IMG/VR virus record: IMGVR_UViG_2645727563_000003
Location: 1-24,323 of that record
Reading direction: 5' to 3' (one strand)
Source: a virus
Taxonomy: Duplodnaviria; Heunggongvirae; Uroviricota; Caudoviricetes
Length of the DNA stretch: 24,323 nt
In this document: positions 1-8,916 of the stretch, in pieces
Layout: the number at the start of each line of letters is the position of its first letter
Position numbering within the stretch: position 1 is the stretch's first letter
Position numbers and translations under genes: made by a program
The notes under the pieces: model-generated
The model's input: the letters and a program-made list of their open reading frames with translations, nothing else
Databases searched by the model: none
Told to the model about the DNA's origin: nothing

Positions 1-100
1 CACGCCGTGCTTGCCTGTGGAGGGATGGTGCAGTCAGACCGCCCGTTGAAGCAGGAACCCTCCGAAATGATTCAGGCGACAGCCTGAACATAGCAGGAAT

Positions 101-120
101 CCACACCCCGAAGGGCGTGG
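101..120 (-). terminator. Stem-loop with UUCG tetraloop 6 nt downstream of the 121-aa gene stop; possible terminator or processing site
   Basis: Plus strand ccacaccc-cgaa-gggcgtgg; on the minus-strand RNA an 8-bp stem (one G-U) with UUCG loop, followed by a moderately U-rich tract. Confidence 0.3.
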
Positions 121-126
121 AGGATG

Positions 127-492
127 TCACGCTGCCTCTTTAATGTTGGCGGCTATCCATGCCGCCGTGTGCTGTTTAACCTGGTCCAGGTCGATGTATG
201 TGCCAACATATTGACTCAAATCCTGCAAGGTACCGATAAATGCATCGGTGCTCTGATCGACGAATTTATCAGCCAGGAAATCAGCAACCAGTTTTGGCAC
301 ACCATCATGTTCCGAAGGTTGTTTTTCCTCGCCACTACCACCGCCGGACGCGCCGTACCCCATCTGTTGCATGATCTGGTCAATTTCATCGCTGATATCC
401 AGCAACTCCATGCCACTCGCGGTCGCCGCTTTGGACATCAGAGCATCCAACTTATCGCTGAGATCCATTAACTCAATAGCTGATAGTGTCAT
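127..492 (-). CDS. Small acidic protein, last gene of Dar-like operon in window (DdrA position by synteny)
   Basis: 121-aa ORF; ATG overlaps the stop of the upstream 639-aa gene by 4 nt (489-492). Product name is from position only. Confidence 0.6.
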   Translation of the reverse strand: MTLSAIELMDLSDKLDALMSKAATASGMELLDISDEIDQIMQQMGYGASGGGSGEEKQPSEHDGVPKLVADFLADKFVDQSTDAFIGTLQDLSQYVGTYIDLDQVKQHTAAWIAANIKEAA

Positions 493-2408
493 GCCGCTAC
501 CCCCGCTTTCTGGATTGCTACCAACAGATCAGCCAGGTGGCGAGCTGCGCCGTTAACCAGCTCTTCGTTTTCCTCAAAACGTCCGGCAGCCTGAAGGGCT
601 GCAATCGCTTCCCGGACATTGCCCCGGGCGTTACGGATCTCCGCCATGTCAGTGCTTTGTATATCCATCACGTTATTGAGATATTCAATGGCTTTATTAG
701 CCTCTGCATCTGCTTCGCTAACCGTTTCATCAGGCTGTGCCGGGGCCGGTTCTGGCTGAGTAATCTCACCGACTTCGGCCTGCAATGCATTGATCATGCT
801 CTGCACCATTTTCTCGGTGCCAGCGCCCCCAGGAAACGCAATATTGGGGAAAGTTTTTTGAAACTGAGTTTTCAGCATTACGCGGAACTCGTCTGGTGAG
901 CTGGTGGCCAGCTCCAGAGCTTTTTGTGCATATTTGCCAAACGGACCATTAGTAAGTGTCTTCGCCAGGAAGTCGAAAGAATCCTCGCGAGGCAATAACT
1001 TCAGGTCGTACTCACTCATTTGCTGATCAGAAAGCGGGGTATCGTAAGTAGCAATGCCGTAGCGTGCATATTCATAATACGGGTCACCTTCATCAGGGCG
1101 CGGCAGAATTGCTTTGTTACCTTCAGGTATTGCGCCAGGGGCCGCCGGACGCATTTGCAGGGCATATCGATATGCACCTACAGAGACTTCTGGTTCAGGC
1201 GAAGAGCTACCGGTATCCTCCGCTGGTTCAGGTTCGACGTTTTCCGGTTTATGTTCTTCTGGTTGGACCAGGTATTCCGATACATTACCCGCTTTATAGG
1301 CTTTAAACAGCTTGCCGATCGCATCTGCCATGTCCACACCCTGTATGGATTTAGCCTTGATCATGTATACGCTGCCATCCGGATCGGTTAACTGGATATA
1401 CCCTTCGCCGCCCCCAATGAATTGCTTCATTGATGCACCATTACTGAGCGTCACTTCCCCGTCCATATGCATACGATTTTTGATACTGGCAAGGCGATCC
1501 GTCAGCGCGCGAGAGTGCCCACCAGTCATCCCCGCTGGAGCAATGGTATCGCGCCCACCAGTGCGATTGAGCTGATCAATCTCCGTCTGCAAACGCTCAT
1601 TCTCTTCATAAAGAGAATCCGCTTCCGATGCAACAGCGTTAATTTTCTGCTCCAGATCTGCCTTCTGCCCTTCTACCGCTGCCACCTGATCCGCGAGGTC
1701 GCTCATGGCATCCTCTTTCTGGTCACTGTCAGCCTGTAGTTGGGTTATTTCATCAACAAGGGCTTTTTTCTTCTTCTGCGCACGCTGGAATTTTGCCGAG
1801 TTTTTCTCTGCAAGGTTGGCAAGTTTCATGGTGACCTGCGCCAGCGTCATATCACGTCCACTCATCGGAGCAACGGTGTGAGTAACGTCTTTTTTATTCA
1901 GTAAGAACTGGAAAGCAACCAGCGTATCGCTATTGGTGATCCGGTTTTCCGCTGTCGGGCTATGAAACAGAATGCTGATAGTCTGACCATCACTGAGCGG
2001 AATAATGGCTGGCAAGACCGGCAGCCCGTTAACGTTACGTGCCCGGCCAATTTCAGCGCCGCCGATCGCGCGCGCGCCGCTCTGGGCCACATCCCCCGTT
2101 TTATCACTCCCCGCAGAGATTCCGGTACCATTCAGCTTCTGGTTCAATGCCCGGACAAATGCCTGCATGGTCCGGTGTAACTGCAAACGAGTAGAACTAA
2201 TCGCCTCCAGTAAATCCGTAGCACACCAGTGGATCGGCGTGTCATAGAAGAACGTAGCCTCGATTTCCTCCAGGGTGTTGGATTCCGTCATCAGATAGCG
2301 GTCCTCACCGGCCATTAATGCGCGATATTCATCATCAGTCACTGGCGGGGGAAGCACGTCAAGCCCAGGCTTGATCGTCACCCCTTTATTGATATTGAAC
2401 TGTTCCAT
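489..2408 (-). CDS. darA: DarA-like protein (candidate virion-packaged antirestriction component)
   Basis: 639-aa ORF, AGGAAA 8 nt upstream of ATG. Central coiled-coil segment; N-terminal region paralogous to the upstream 203-aa protein (shared LxDGQ block and KNSAKFQ motif). Sits downstream of holin-like genes as recalled for the P1 darA operon. Assignment by synteny and architecture, not alignment. Confidence 0.55.
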   Translation of the reverse strand: MEQFNINKGVTIKPGLDVLPPPVTDDEYRALMAGEDRYLMTESNTLEEIEATFFYDTPIHWCATDLLEAISSTRLQLHRTMQAFVRALNQKLNGTGISAGSDKTGDVAQSGARAIGGAEIGRARNVNGLPVLPAIIPLSDGQTISILFHSPTAENRITNSDTLVAFQFLLNKKDVTHTVAPMSGRDMTLAQVTMKLANLAEKNSAKFQRAQKKKKALVDEITQLQADSDQKEDAMSDLADQVAAVEGQKADLEQKINAVASEADSLYEENERLQTEIDQLNRTGGRDTIAPAGMTGGHSRALTDRLASIKNRMHMDGEVTLSNGASMKQFIGGGEGYIQLTDPDGSVYMIKAKSIQGVDMADAIGKLFKAYKAGNVSEYLVQPEEHKPENVEPEPAEDTGSSSPEPEVSVGAYRYALQMRPAAPGAIPEGNKAILPRPDEGDPYYEYARYGIATYDTPLSDQQMSEYDLKLLPREDSFDFLAKTLTNGPFGKYAQKALELATSSPDEFRVMLKTQFQKTFPNIAFPGGAGTEKMVQSMINALQAEVGEITQPEPAPAQPDETVSEADAEANKAIEYLNNVMDIQSTDMAEIRNARGNVREAIAALQAAGRFEENEELVNGAARHLADLLVAIQKAGVAA

Positions 2409-2409
2409 G

Positions 2410-3012
2410 TTAATTTCCTGCTTTCAGTTGCTTAAGACGGCGTTTGAGTTCGCCATTTCGGGCCTTTTCGTTATTGAGTCGGCCTGTCTCCTTATCCAGC
2501 TTCGCCCGCAAATCAGTGATCTGCTGTTGATTGAAAGACACCGAGTTCTGCGCTGATTTATAAGCGGCAACCACCTGAGCATTCCGCTGTTTTGCCTCTT
2601 GCAGGCGCTGAAAGTTGGATTTAACTGCCGGTTTCTTGTCTACCGGATTGGCAACACGCTTCGCTTTGGCGATCAGTGATTTCTGGAATTTTGCGGAGTT
2701 TTTGCGAGCCGCCTGTCCCATGACGGTACCAAGCGTCTTGATATCCGGCGACTGAGCGTTAGGAATAGCTTTTCCATTCAGTTTCACAGACGATATATCG
2801 CCAGTATCGTTTACCTGTATGGCAAGAATTTGTCCGTCGTTAAGAACCAGCTTTGCGGTTTTAACTTTAACGCCATCTTTCGTTGTTGCGCGGTTGCTGG
2901 AGTCAACCTCAATTACCGTAACCCCGGTTTTATTGATCGCCGCGATAAGGGATTTCAGCCCCTTTTCATTAACCTGGTCAAAATCGACCGTTGCATACTT
3001 ATTTTTCGTCAT
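2410..3012 (-). CDS. hdf: Hdf-like protein (paralog of the N-terminal part of the DarA-like protein)
   Basis: ORF open from 3021 (MCQM...); second ATG at 3012 has better spacing to an AGGA. Shares LNDGQILAIQ and RKNSAKFQ with the 639-aa protein, then a basic coiled-coil tail. Confidence 0.55.
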   Translation of the reverse strand: MTKNKYATVDFDQVNEKGLKSLIAAINKTGVTVIEVDSSNRATTKDGVKVKTAKLVLNDGQILAIQVNDTGDISSVKLNGKAIPNAQSPDIKTLGTVMGQAARKNSAKFQKSLIAKAKRVANPVDKKPAVKSNFQRLQEAKQRNAQVVAAYKSAQNSVSFNQQQITDLRAKLDKETGRLNNEKARNGELKRRLKQLKAGN

Positions 3013-3442
3013 CTGACACATCCTGTGCGAGATTTATTACGTAACTTCTGCGGATTTGCTGAGTAACAGGGAAAATCCGATACAACGGGTTAATGAACGA
3101 GTCGCCATGCGTAACCATGACGTTGAAATGCCACAGTCGCTCTCCTTTACCCATATATTCAGTGGGTATGTACAACCATTCACTGTTTTCGCCCTGTTCA
3201 GCCGACGTCAGACAACGTTGTTCGCCTTCAATCACTGTCGTCGGCTTCTGAACATCGCGGATCCAATATCTGACCGTTGCGCCGCGCAAAAACGGGAATT
3301 TAGACCGGTATTTGAACGGCACCCGGATGAAACCCGGTTTAATTTCCACATCACCAAGTTCTAAATGCGTGATGTCCTTGCGTTTTAGCAAATAGCGATC
3401 GGCTAAGGCTAACGCAAGAACGCATACACCCCAGCCAATCAT
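2999..3442 (-). CDS. lydB: LydB-like protein with N-terminal hydrophobic segment (possible antiholin/lysis regulator)
   Basis: 147-aa ORF; ATG overlaps upstream stop (ATGA at 3439-3442). N-terminal MIGWGVCVLALALADRYLL looks like a signal anchor. No lysozyme or peptidase motif recognised. Confidence 0.5.
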   Translation of the reverse strand: MIGWGVCVLALALADRYLLKRKDITHLELGDVEIKPGFIRVPFKYRSKFPFLRGATVRYWIRDVQKPTTVIEGEQRCLTSAEQGENSEWLYIPTEYMGKGERLWHFNVMVTHGDSFINPLYRIFPVTQQIRRSYVINLAQDVSDDEK

Positions 3443-3768
3443 TTCCCGCCTCCCTTTTTCACCAAACTTGTAAGAACATTCAGAATGCTATCGATATTCA
3501 CTCGTTTCATCCCTGAAATCACCTCATGACCGTTATTGCTGGCTATCGTTACCATTAAGTACGTAATTGATAACTCCCAGCCCTCGTGTTGCCCCAATAG
3601 GTACGCCACCGCGCCAGCTGTCACTGCAACAAAGATCTCCGTAACCAATCCCAACAAATTGCCAGACTGGCGACCGTCTCGGACATCCATCAGGAACGTG
3701 CCTATCCCACCAATTACTGAAAGCAGGAGCGCAATAGCAACTGGAGCTAATTCCTGTGTGTCAAGCAC
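3439..3768 (-). CDS. lydA: Holin-like membrane protein (LydA-like), GTG start
   Basis: 109-aa ORF with three hydrophobic segments. No in-frame ATG near the 5' end; GTG at 3768 is preceded by AGGAGGG at 5-nt spacing. Confidence 0.6.
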   Translation of the reverse strand: MLDTQELAPVAIALLLSVIGGIGTFLMDVRDGRQSGNLLGLVTEIFVAVTAGAVAYLLGQHEGWELSITYLMVTIASNNGHEVISGMKRVNIDSILNVLTSLVKKGGGK

Positions 3769-3773
3769 AAGTT

Positions 3774-3794
3774 CCCTCCTACGTTGTCAGGAGG
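3774..3794 (-). promoter_or_regulatory. SD-sequestering hairpin upstream of the holin-like gene
   Basis: On the mRNA: CCUCCU - 8 nt - AGGAGG(G) - 5 nt - GUG start; the anti-SD hexamer is perfectly complementary to the SD. Confidence 0.45.
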
Positions 3795-3835
3795 TAATGG
3801 TATGCAAAGTAACTTCTCAACCGGTCATTTGTTGC

Positions 3836-4117
3836 TTAAGAGGCATTTCTATTGAGGTGCGAATCGATAATCCTTTGTAACTTTTCAAGAATGAGCCTGT
3901 TATTGATGCTGCAAATAATAGTCACGCAATTCTGAAGACTTTCATCCATACCCTTATATTCCGCGAAATACATGCCTATAAAGCCTGCAAGTACGGCAGC
4001 AATACACTCGGCCATCAATTGCCTGCATGACGCTTCGTAACGTTTTTCACGAACCCCATTCAGAAACGAATGCACCCCGCCAAGGATGGAGAGGAGCATT
4101 ATTGTGAAATCACACAT
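3836..4117 (-). CDS. Second holin-like membrane protein, paralog of the 109-aa gene
   Basis: 93-aa ORF; AAGGA 8 nt upstream of ATG 4117. Aligns full-length with the 109-aa protein (shared LLS.IGG...FL..VR..R, AV.AG, TI.S.N, IDS.LN). Confidence 0.6.
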   Translation of the reverse strand: MCDFTIMLLSILGGVHSFLNGVREKRYEASCRQLMAECIAAVLAGFIGMYFAEYKGMDESLQNCVTIICSINNRLILEKLQRIIDSHLNRNAS

Positions 4118-4244
4118 AACTATTTCCTTAATAGTGAATTAAATATCATTGGGAAACGGTATGTACTTTGTGATTTCCACACATACTGGTTTTTGTTAAT
4201 TAAAATCCGCAGCTTGCTATAAATAACGATAGTGAGCAGAAAAT

Positions 4245-4292
4245 ATGCTAATAGGCTATGTACGCGTATCAACAAATGACCAAAACACTGCT
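4245..4292 (+). pseudogene. cin: 5' remnant of a Cin/Gin/Pin-family serine DNA invertase gene
   Basis: ATG at 4245 encodes MLIGYVRVSTNDQNTA, the characteristic invertase N-terminus; the frame then diverges and stops after 47 codons, with no catalytic domain. Confidence 0.7.
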
Positions 4293-4372
4293 TTACTCAG
4301 ACGCCACCGGAAGGAAAAATACGTATTTGCGGAGAGAATGGACAACCCGCATGGGGGGATGTTCCTCCTCCA

Positions 4373-4588
4373 ACGAAAGAAGAGCTAATGGCTATTGCAG
4401 AAGCCAGGAAATTAAGCTTAAAGGCTCAAGCGGACTCTGAAATCGCCTGGCGATAGGATGCGGTTGATGCCGGTATCGCGACGGATGAGGAAACCGCCGC
4501 GCTTTCTGAATCGAAGAAATGCCGGATCCTGCTGATGCGCGTTGATACAGCAAAACCCGTATGGCCTGTCAATCCGCAGGATATTTAA
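4373..4588 (+). pseudogene. 3' fragment of a tail fibre assembly gene (U'-like), no start, internal TAG
   Basis: Frame 2 encodes ...[64 protein letters not shown], resembling the conserved Tfa C-terminus (lambda Tfa ends ...[27 protein letters not shown], from memory). In-frame stop at 4454-4456. Confidence 0.6.
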
Positions 4589-4802
4589 CGGGGGCGTTGT
4601 AGGTGGTGACATATTCAAGCAGTTCTGTTGGATATGTCACCGTTGCTGCATCTCGCTCTACGTTAAATGTATCCGCTCCCCAGATAACACACTCCCTCAA
4701 AAATGCCTCCACCTCTGGCGAGACTTCAACCGCATCATCAGGTCGCTCTTGTTCAGAAACATAAAAACCAACGGTCGTTGGGCTGAAATACATATTCTCC
4801 AT
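4569..4802 (-). CDS. Truncated tail fibre assembly protein (U-like), N-terminal 77 aa only
   Basis: ATG 2 nt after the fibre stop. [15 protein letters not shown]... is Tfa-like; the ORF ends inside the antisense of the opposite-strand tfa fragment, so 3' ends overlap by 20 bp. Confidence 0.5.
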   Translation of the reverse strand: MENMYFSPTTVGFYVSEQERPDDAVEVSPEVEAFLRECVIWGADTFNVERDAATVTYPTELLEYVTTYNAPVKYPAD

Positions 4803-4804
4803 AT

Positions 4805-7800
4805 TTAGTATCCTATTGCTTCAAAATGCAAAGTCGGAATTTCGCCGAGATTGGGTGTCGTATACGACACAGTGAATCGCGTTCTTGATACGTCAGTGCC
4901 AGAATCAGTATCGCGATGCGTTGCCAGTGATTTCCCAGCCATTGATGACTGGGTCGAAAAGCTGTAACTCGCTAGTGTTGCCAGCGTTGCTATTTGTGCA
5001 TTTGGGAATTGTCTGGGGAAATTAACCCTGTAGTAATGGGTGTAGTACGTCACCCCACCAAGCACCTGCGCGTTGAAGTTACCAACTGGTGTCAGTGTCA
5101 CAGTGCCAACCTGTCGAATCATACCATTTGGGAGAATATCCCAGGCAGTTTGTCCGTTTCGCGACATACCAAATGCGGACATGTCCGGGAGTTGATTATT
5201 ACCGGTTCCGACATCCCGTTTTGCCGCTTCTCCCAATTGAAGGTATGCGAGAAGACCAGCAACATCCTTTCCACTCAAATTAGTCAGCGTATTGTCCAGC
5301 GGTTGTTTGCCCGCCAGTGCGCTCTGTACTTCGCTTTTGCTGTAGGCATCCAGATCTTTAGGCGTAAGCGTAATATCCTTCGTGCCGTCAAACGGAACGC
5401 CGTTGATATTCCGTGCAGTCTGTAGTTTTGTGGCAGTTGCAGCATTACCAGTGGTGTTCTGATTACCCGTAGTGTTTACACCTGGAAGATTAATATTGGC
5501 GGAGCCATCGAATGACACGCCGCCTATTGTGCGTGCTGTTTGCAGTTTTGTTGCAGTTGCAGCATTGCCAGTAGTGTTCTGATTACCAGTTGTATTCACA
5601 CCAGGGATGCTGTCTTTTTTAGTATATATCTGAGCCCAGCCCTCTTCGAACCCATAGCCATCACGTGATGAACGGTAATACAATCCACCATTTTTATGGT
5701 GCGCTCGGATTTGGAGAGTCCGACAACTACCTACGCCTGTATAAAAATTTGCAACGATATAAGAATCCCCGGAGCGTGTAACATTATACGCACCTGATTC
5801 GGCATTCCACGGGACCGCACCACTAGTATCGGCATAAGTTCCAGTAGCGCGTAGAGCAAAAGCAGATACATTTTCAGCTGTTAGTGTTATATCAGCAGAA
5901 CCATCAAAAGACACGCCGCTTATTTTTCTAGCAGTTTGCAACTTCGTAGCCGTTGAAGCATTGCCGTTCAAACTACCATTGATGCCGCCAGTAACATCGA
6001 GCCCATTACCGATCGTAACAGCTCCATTGGCATTGTTAATGATAAGCGGCCTTAACCTATTATAGGTTCCCAGGCTGTTACCCGAATCGGTCAACATGAA
6101 ATATGTGTTTGAGCCATCGTTTCGGATAAAGAATCCATAGTTGCCATAGGCAATGCGCAGACCATTCCCCGATTTTGAAATGATCTCACCAGTAGCCGTT
6201 AAACCGCCGTTGAGATTTCCTCCGGTTATTGGTAATGCGCCGACATCCGTGGCGGTCGGTTTAATGTGCGAACTGTAAATGACATATACCGTTCCATCAG
6301 TAAGACCAGTTGGTTTATTCGCTGTATAAGTTGGTGATGTATGAATCGTTACGCTGGCGTTACTGGTATAATCCCATTGAATATTTACACCAGTCGCATA
6401 ATTTCCGATTGCAACGTAAATATCGTAAGTATCACCAGATGTATTGACCCAGGCAAAATTTGTAAACCCTGTCGATGTGCGCTGCCATAAAGCACCAGTA
6501 ATCCCCTTCGGATTACCATTACCTGCACGCAAAACAAGTTCAGATATACCTGCCTGTTGAGGTGACCCCACGTTAAATCCCGCGCCACCAATCAACGTAA
6601 TTGAAACAACAGAACTCGCCTGTGGCATGGTTACCGTTGCTAATTTGAACCAACCAGCACCACCGCTGAATGACATTGTTGTTGAGTTGATCGTGCCTAT
6701 AGACCTTGGAGTTAGCTCAATGTTTTTAGAACCGTCAAACAATACCCCATTTATAGTTCTAGCGGTTTGTAACTTGGTCGCTGTAGCCGCGTTACCGGAT
6801 GTATTCTGATTACCCGCAACGTTAACACCAGGTAAATTAATATTCGCAGTACCATCAAAGCTAACTCCGCCGATAGTTCTTGCCGTCTGTAGTTTTGTAG
6901 CGGTTGCTGCATTGCCAGTTGTATTCTGATTGCCAGTGGCATTCACACCAGGAATGGAGTCCCTTGATGTATATACCTGCGCCCACGCTGACCATGCCGC
7001 ATCAGTGTTATCTCTTCGGGAGCGAATGAAAACCGGCGCATGTGCACCGCTCGTACCACTCCAGCCAATAAGCAACTCGCCCTCACCAGCAGCACTCGCA
7101 CCTTTCATGTGCAATACGTTGCCATACGTGGTCGGGTAGCTATTGTTGTACGCCTCGTACATTTGAATGCCAGCAGTACCCTGAGTAGAGCCACTTAACG
7201 CCGTTACGCGCCCGCGTGATACCAACGTATTGATATTAACGTCCCCTGAACCATCAAATTTAACACCGTTGATGTTTCTTGCCGTCGCAAGTTTTGTCGC
7301 GGTAGCAGCATTCCCGGTGGTGTTCTGGTTACCTGTTGTATTTACACCTGGAAGGTTGATATTGGCCGAGCCATCAAATGCCACACCGCCAATCGTGCGT
7401 GCTGTTTTCAATTTCGTCGCGGTGTCGGCGTTCCCTGTCAGTGCCCCGGTGATCCCGCCGTTGAAAGTCTGGCGTGCACTCCATGTGTTAGCCGTACTCA
7501 ACAGGGGGATCTTTTCACCGCTGGTACCGAGTTCTCTTAAACCAAGGTATTGGATAACGGCCAGTGTGCTTGTTTTAGCCAGAATATCGCGACCGACTGA
7601 CGTTAAATCAGTCTGCGCTACCGTATCCTTACCAGTGAAATAAGGCAGTTTGTTTGCACCAGTCGCAAGGGCAGCGAGCGCGGTTAAAGTTGCATCCAGA
7701 GGCTGTTTGCCTGCCAGCGCATTTGTCATTGTTGTCGCAAAGTTCGGGTCATTGCCCAGTGCTGCTGCAAGCTCATTCAGGGTATCAAGAGCTTCAGGTG

Positions 7801-8905
7801 ATGAGCCGACCAATGCAGAGATAGCAGCTCTTACATAAGCGGTCGTAGCAATCTGCGTGTTATTCGTACCCTGTGCAGCGGTAGGCGCAGTAGGTATTCC
7901 CGTTAATGCAGGACTTGCTAAAGGAGCTTTAAGAGCCAGAGCATTGTTGATAGTTGTGCTGAAATTCGGGTCGTTATTGATCGCAGCCGCTATTTCTTTA
8001 AGCGTATCCAGTGTGCCAGGTGCACCGTTGATAAGTGCCGTTATAGCTGCCTTAACAAAGGCTGTATTTGCGATCTGCGTGCTGTTTGTACCTTGCGCTG
8101 CCGTCGGCGCGGTTGGCGTTCCTGTCAGACTCGGGCTTTCTATTGGCGCTTTGGTATCAGCCAGCTCTTTTACAGACTTAACGGCTTTAGGGGTAGCCGC
8201 CATTGTTTCGCTGTCGCTGTTAGTTGCGCTACTGAGCTGAACTAATCCCTTTTGTGTTGTGCTTGCATCCTGCGCCGTATACTTGCTTTTAGCCAGATCG
8301 TAGGCTTTTTTAACCGCCAGCGAACTTGCAGCGACATCACTTCTGGTACTGGTTACAGAGTCGGAAATTTCAATGCCTATCGCGAGATCGATGCGGTCGG
8401 ATACATCTATCATTTCCTTAGTAATAGCAGATACGCCAGCAGGGATATTCACCGTACAAACAAGCAGTTCCCCATCTCCTAACTGATATGAATCGGTATA
8501 GGTTCTGGCAACAAATTCAGCCGCATGAATATGTGACGCGGTATTAACCTGATAAGAATCTTCTCCAAGGAGGTATCTTCCCTTCAGCACAATTGCATAT
8601 TTCTTACCTGCGCTAAGTGCAAGAGAAATATCCTTACGCTGCTGAATAGTTACCTGGTAGAATTCACCAATATTCACTGACGCCGCGCCAGCGGTTTTAT
8701 CACCATCCACTGAGGTGATTAACAGGTTCATCCCACCGCCAGGCTTAGGAAAAAAACCGGCATAAAATCCAGGGTCAACAATTCCCCTGAATTTTCGGTT
8801 TAGCGCGGCTGACAGATATGGTTCGTGGTATTGCACATCAGCCACCAGAGCCAACGACTCGGGTGATGGGTAAGTAACCGATGTGACAACTGTAACGTCA
8901 TTCAT
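4805..8905 (-). CDS. Tail fibre protein (S-like) with collagen-like repeats
   Basis: Start chosen at ATG 8905 (MNDVTVVTSVTYPSPE...), AAGGA 10 nt upstream, 11 nt after upstream stop; the longest ORF extends to 8992 but overlaps the upstream gene. At least seven ~40-aa repeats (PGVNTTGNQNTTGNAATATKLQTARTIGGVSFDGSANINL) and two ~75-aa N-terminal modules. Confidence 0.8.
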   Translation of the reverse strand: MNDVTVVTSVTYPSPESLALVADVQYHEPYLSAALNRKFRGIVDPGFYAGFFPKPGGGMNLLITSVDGDKTAGAASVNIGEFYQVTIQQRKDISLALSAGKKYAIVLKGRYLLGEDSYQVNTASHIHAAEFVARTYTDSYQLGDGELLVCTVNIPAGVSAITKEMIDVSDRIDLAIGIEISDSVTSTRSDVAASSLAVKKAYDLAKSKYTAQDASTTQKGLVQLSSATNSDSETMAATPKAVKSVKELADTKAPIESPSLTGTPTAPTAAQGTNSTQIANTAFVKAAITALINGAPGTLDTLKEIAAAINNDPNFSTTINNALALKAPLASPALTGIPTAPTAAQGTNNTQIATTAYVRAAISALVGSSPEALDTLNELAAALGNDPNFATTMTNALAGKQPLDATLTALAALATGANKLPYFTGKDTVAQTDLTSVGRDILAKTSTLAVIQYLGLRELGTSGEKIPLLSTANTWSARQTFNGGITGALTGNADTATKLKTARTIGGVAFDGSANINLPGVNTTGNQNTTGNAATATKLATARNINGVKFDGSGDVNINTLVSRGRVTALSGSTQGTAGIQMYEAYNNSYPTTYGNVLHMKGASAAGEGELLIGWSGTSGAHAPVFIRSRRDNTDAAWSAWAQVYTSRDSIPGVNATGNQNTTGNAATATKLQTARTIGGVSFDGTANINLPGVNVAGNQNTSGNAATATKLQTARTINGVLFDGSKNIELTPRSIGTINSTTMSFSGGAGWFKLATVTMPQASSVVSITLIGGAGFNVGSPQQAGISELVLRAGNGNPKGITGALWQRTSTGFTNFAWVNTSGDTYDIYVAIGNYATGVNIQWDYTSNASVTIHTSPTYTANKPTGLTDGTVYVIYSSHIKPTATDVGALPITGGNLNGGLTATGEIISKSGNGLRIAYGNYGFFIRNDGSNTYFMLTDSGNSLGTYNRLRPLIINNANGAVTIGNGLDVTGGINGSLNGNASTATKLQTARKISGVSFDGSADITLTAENVSAFALRATGTYADTSGAVPWNAESGAYNVTRSGDSYIVANFYTGVGSCRTLQIRAHHKNGGLYYRSSRDGYGFEEGWAQIYTKKDSIPGVNTTGNQNTTGNAATATKLQTARTIGGVSFDGSANINLPGVNTTGNQNTTGNAATATKLQTARNINGVPFDGTKDITLTPKDLDAYSKSEVQSALAGKQPLDNTLTNLSGKDVAGLLAYLQLGEAAKRDVGTGNNQLPDMSAFGMSRNGQTAWDILPNGMIRQVGTVTLTPVGNFNAQVLGGVTYYTHYYRVNFPRQFPNAQIATLATLASYSFSTQSSMAGKSLATHRDTDSGTDVSRTRFTVSYTTPNLGEIPTLHFEAIGY
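5425..7375 (-). repeat. Interspersed near-identical 120-240 bp coding repeats inside the tail fibre gene
   Basis: Copies at about 5425-5665, 5935-6025, 6715-6955 and 7255-7375 encode the 40-aa repeat; they also generate the long spurious plus-strand ORFs here. Confidence 0.7.
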
Positions 8906-8916
8906 CAAGCATATCC

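Noticed and set aside
1-91. Partial minus-strand ORF running off the left edge (MFRLSPESFRRVPASTGG...), possibly the next Dar-operon gene
   Set aside because: Only 30 codons are visible, there is no convincing SD, and the start sits right after a strong hairpin.
124-1739. Plus-strand ORFs (124-471, 486-899, 1020-1391, 1467-1739) antisense to the Dar-like genes
   Set aside because: They are embedded in longer, operon-coupled minus-strand ORFs and have no start signals.
4258-4808. ORFs 4258-4440 (+), 4418-4618 (-) and 4542-4808 (+) in the inversion remnant
   Set aside because: They are alternative frames across the invertase and tfa fragments and the 77-aa tfa gene; the homology-bearing frames are different.
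4855-4870. Perfect 16-bp palindrome GTGTCGTATACGACAC near the 3' end of the tail fibre gene
   Set aside because: It lies in frame within coding sequence (VSYTTP) with no flanking repeat; it could be chance, though a relic crossover or protein-binding site cannot be excluded.
4994-8482. Long plus-strand ORFs (for example 4994-5425, 7230-7643, 7857-8240, 8252-8482) antisense to the tail fibre gene
   Set aside because: They lie entirely within the 1366-aa minus-strand fibre gene, are low-complexity mirror images of its Ala/Thr/Gly-rich repeats, and have no ribosome-binding sites.
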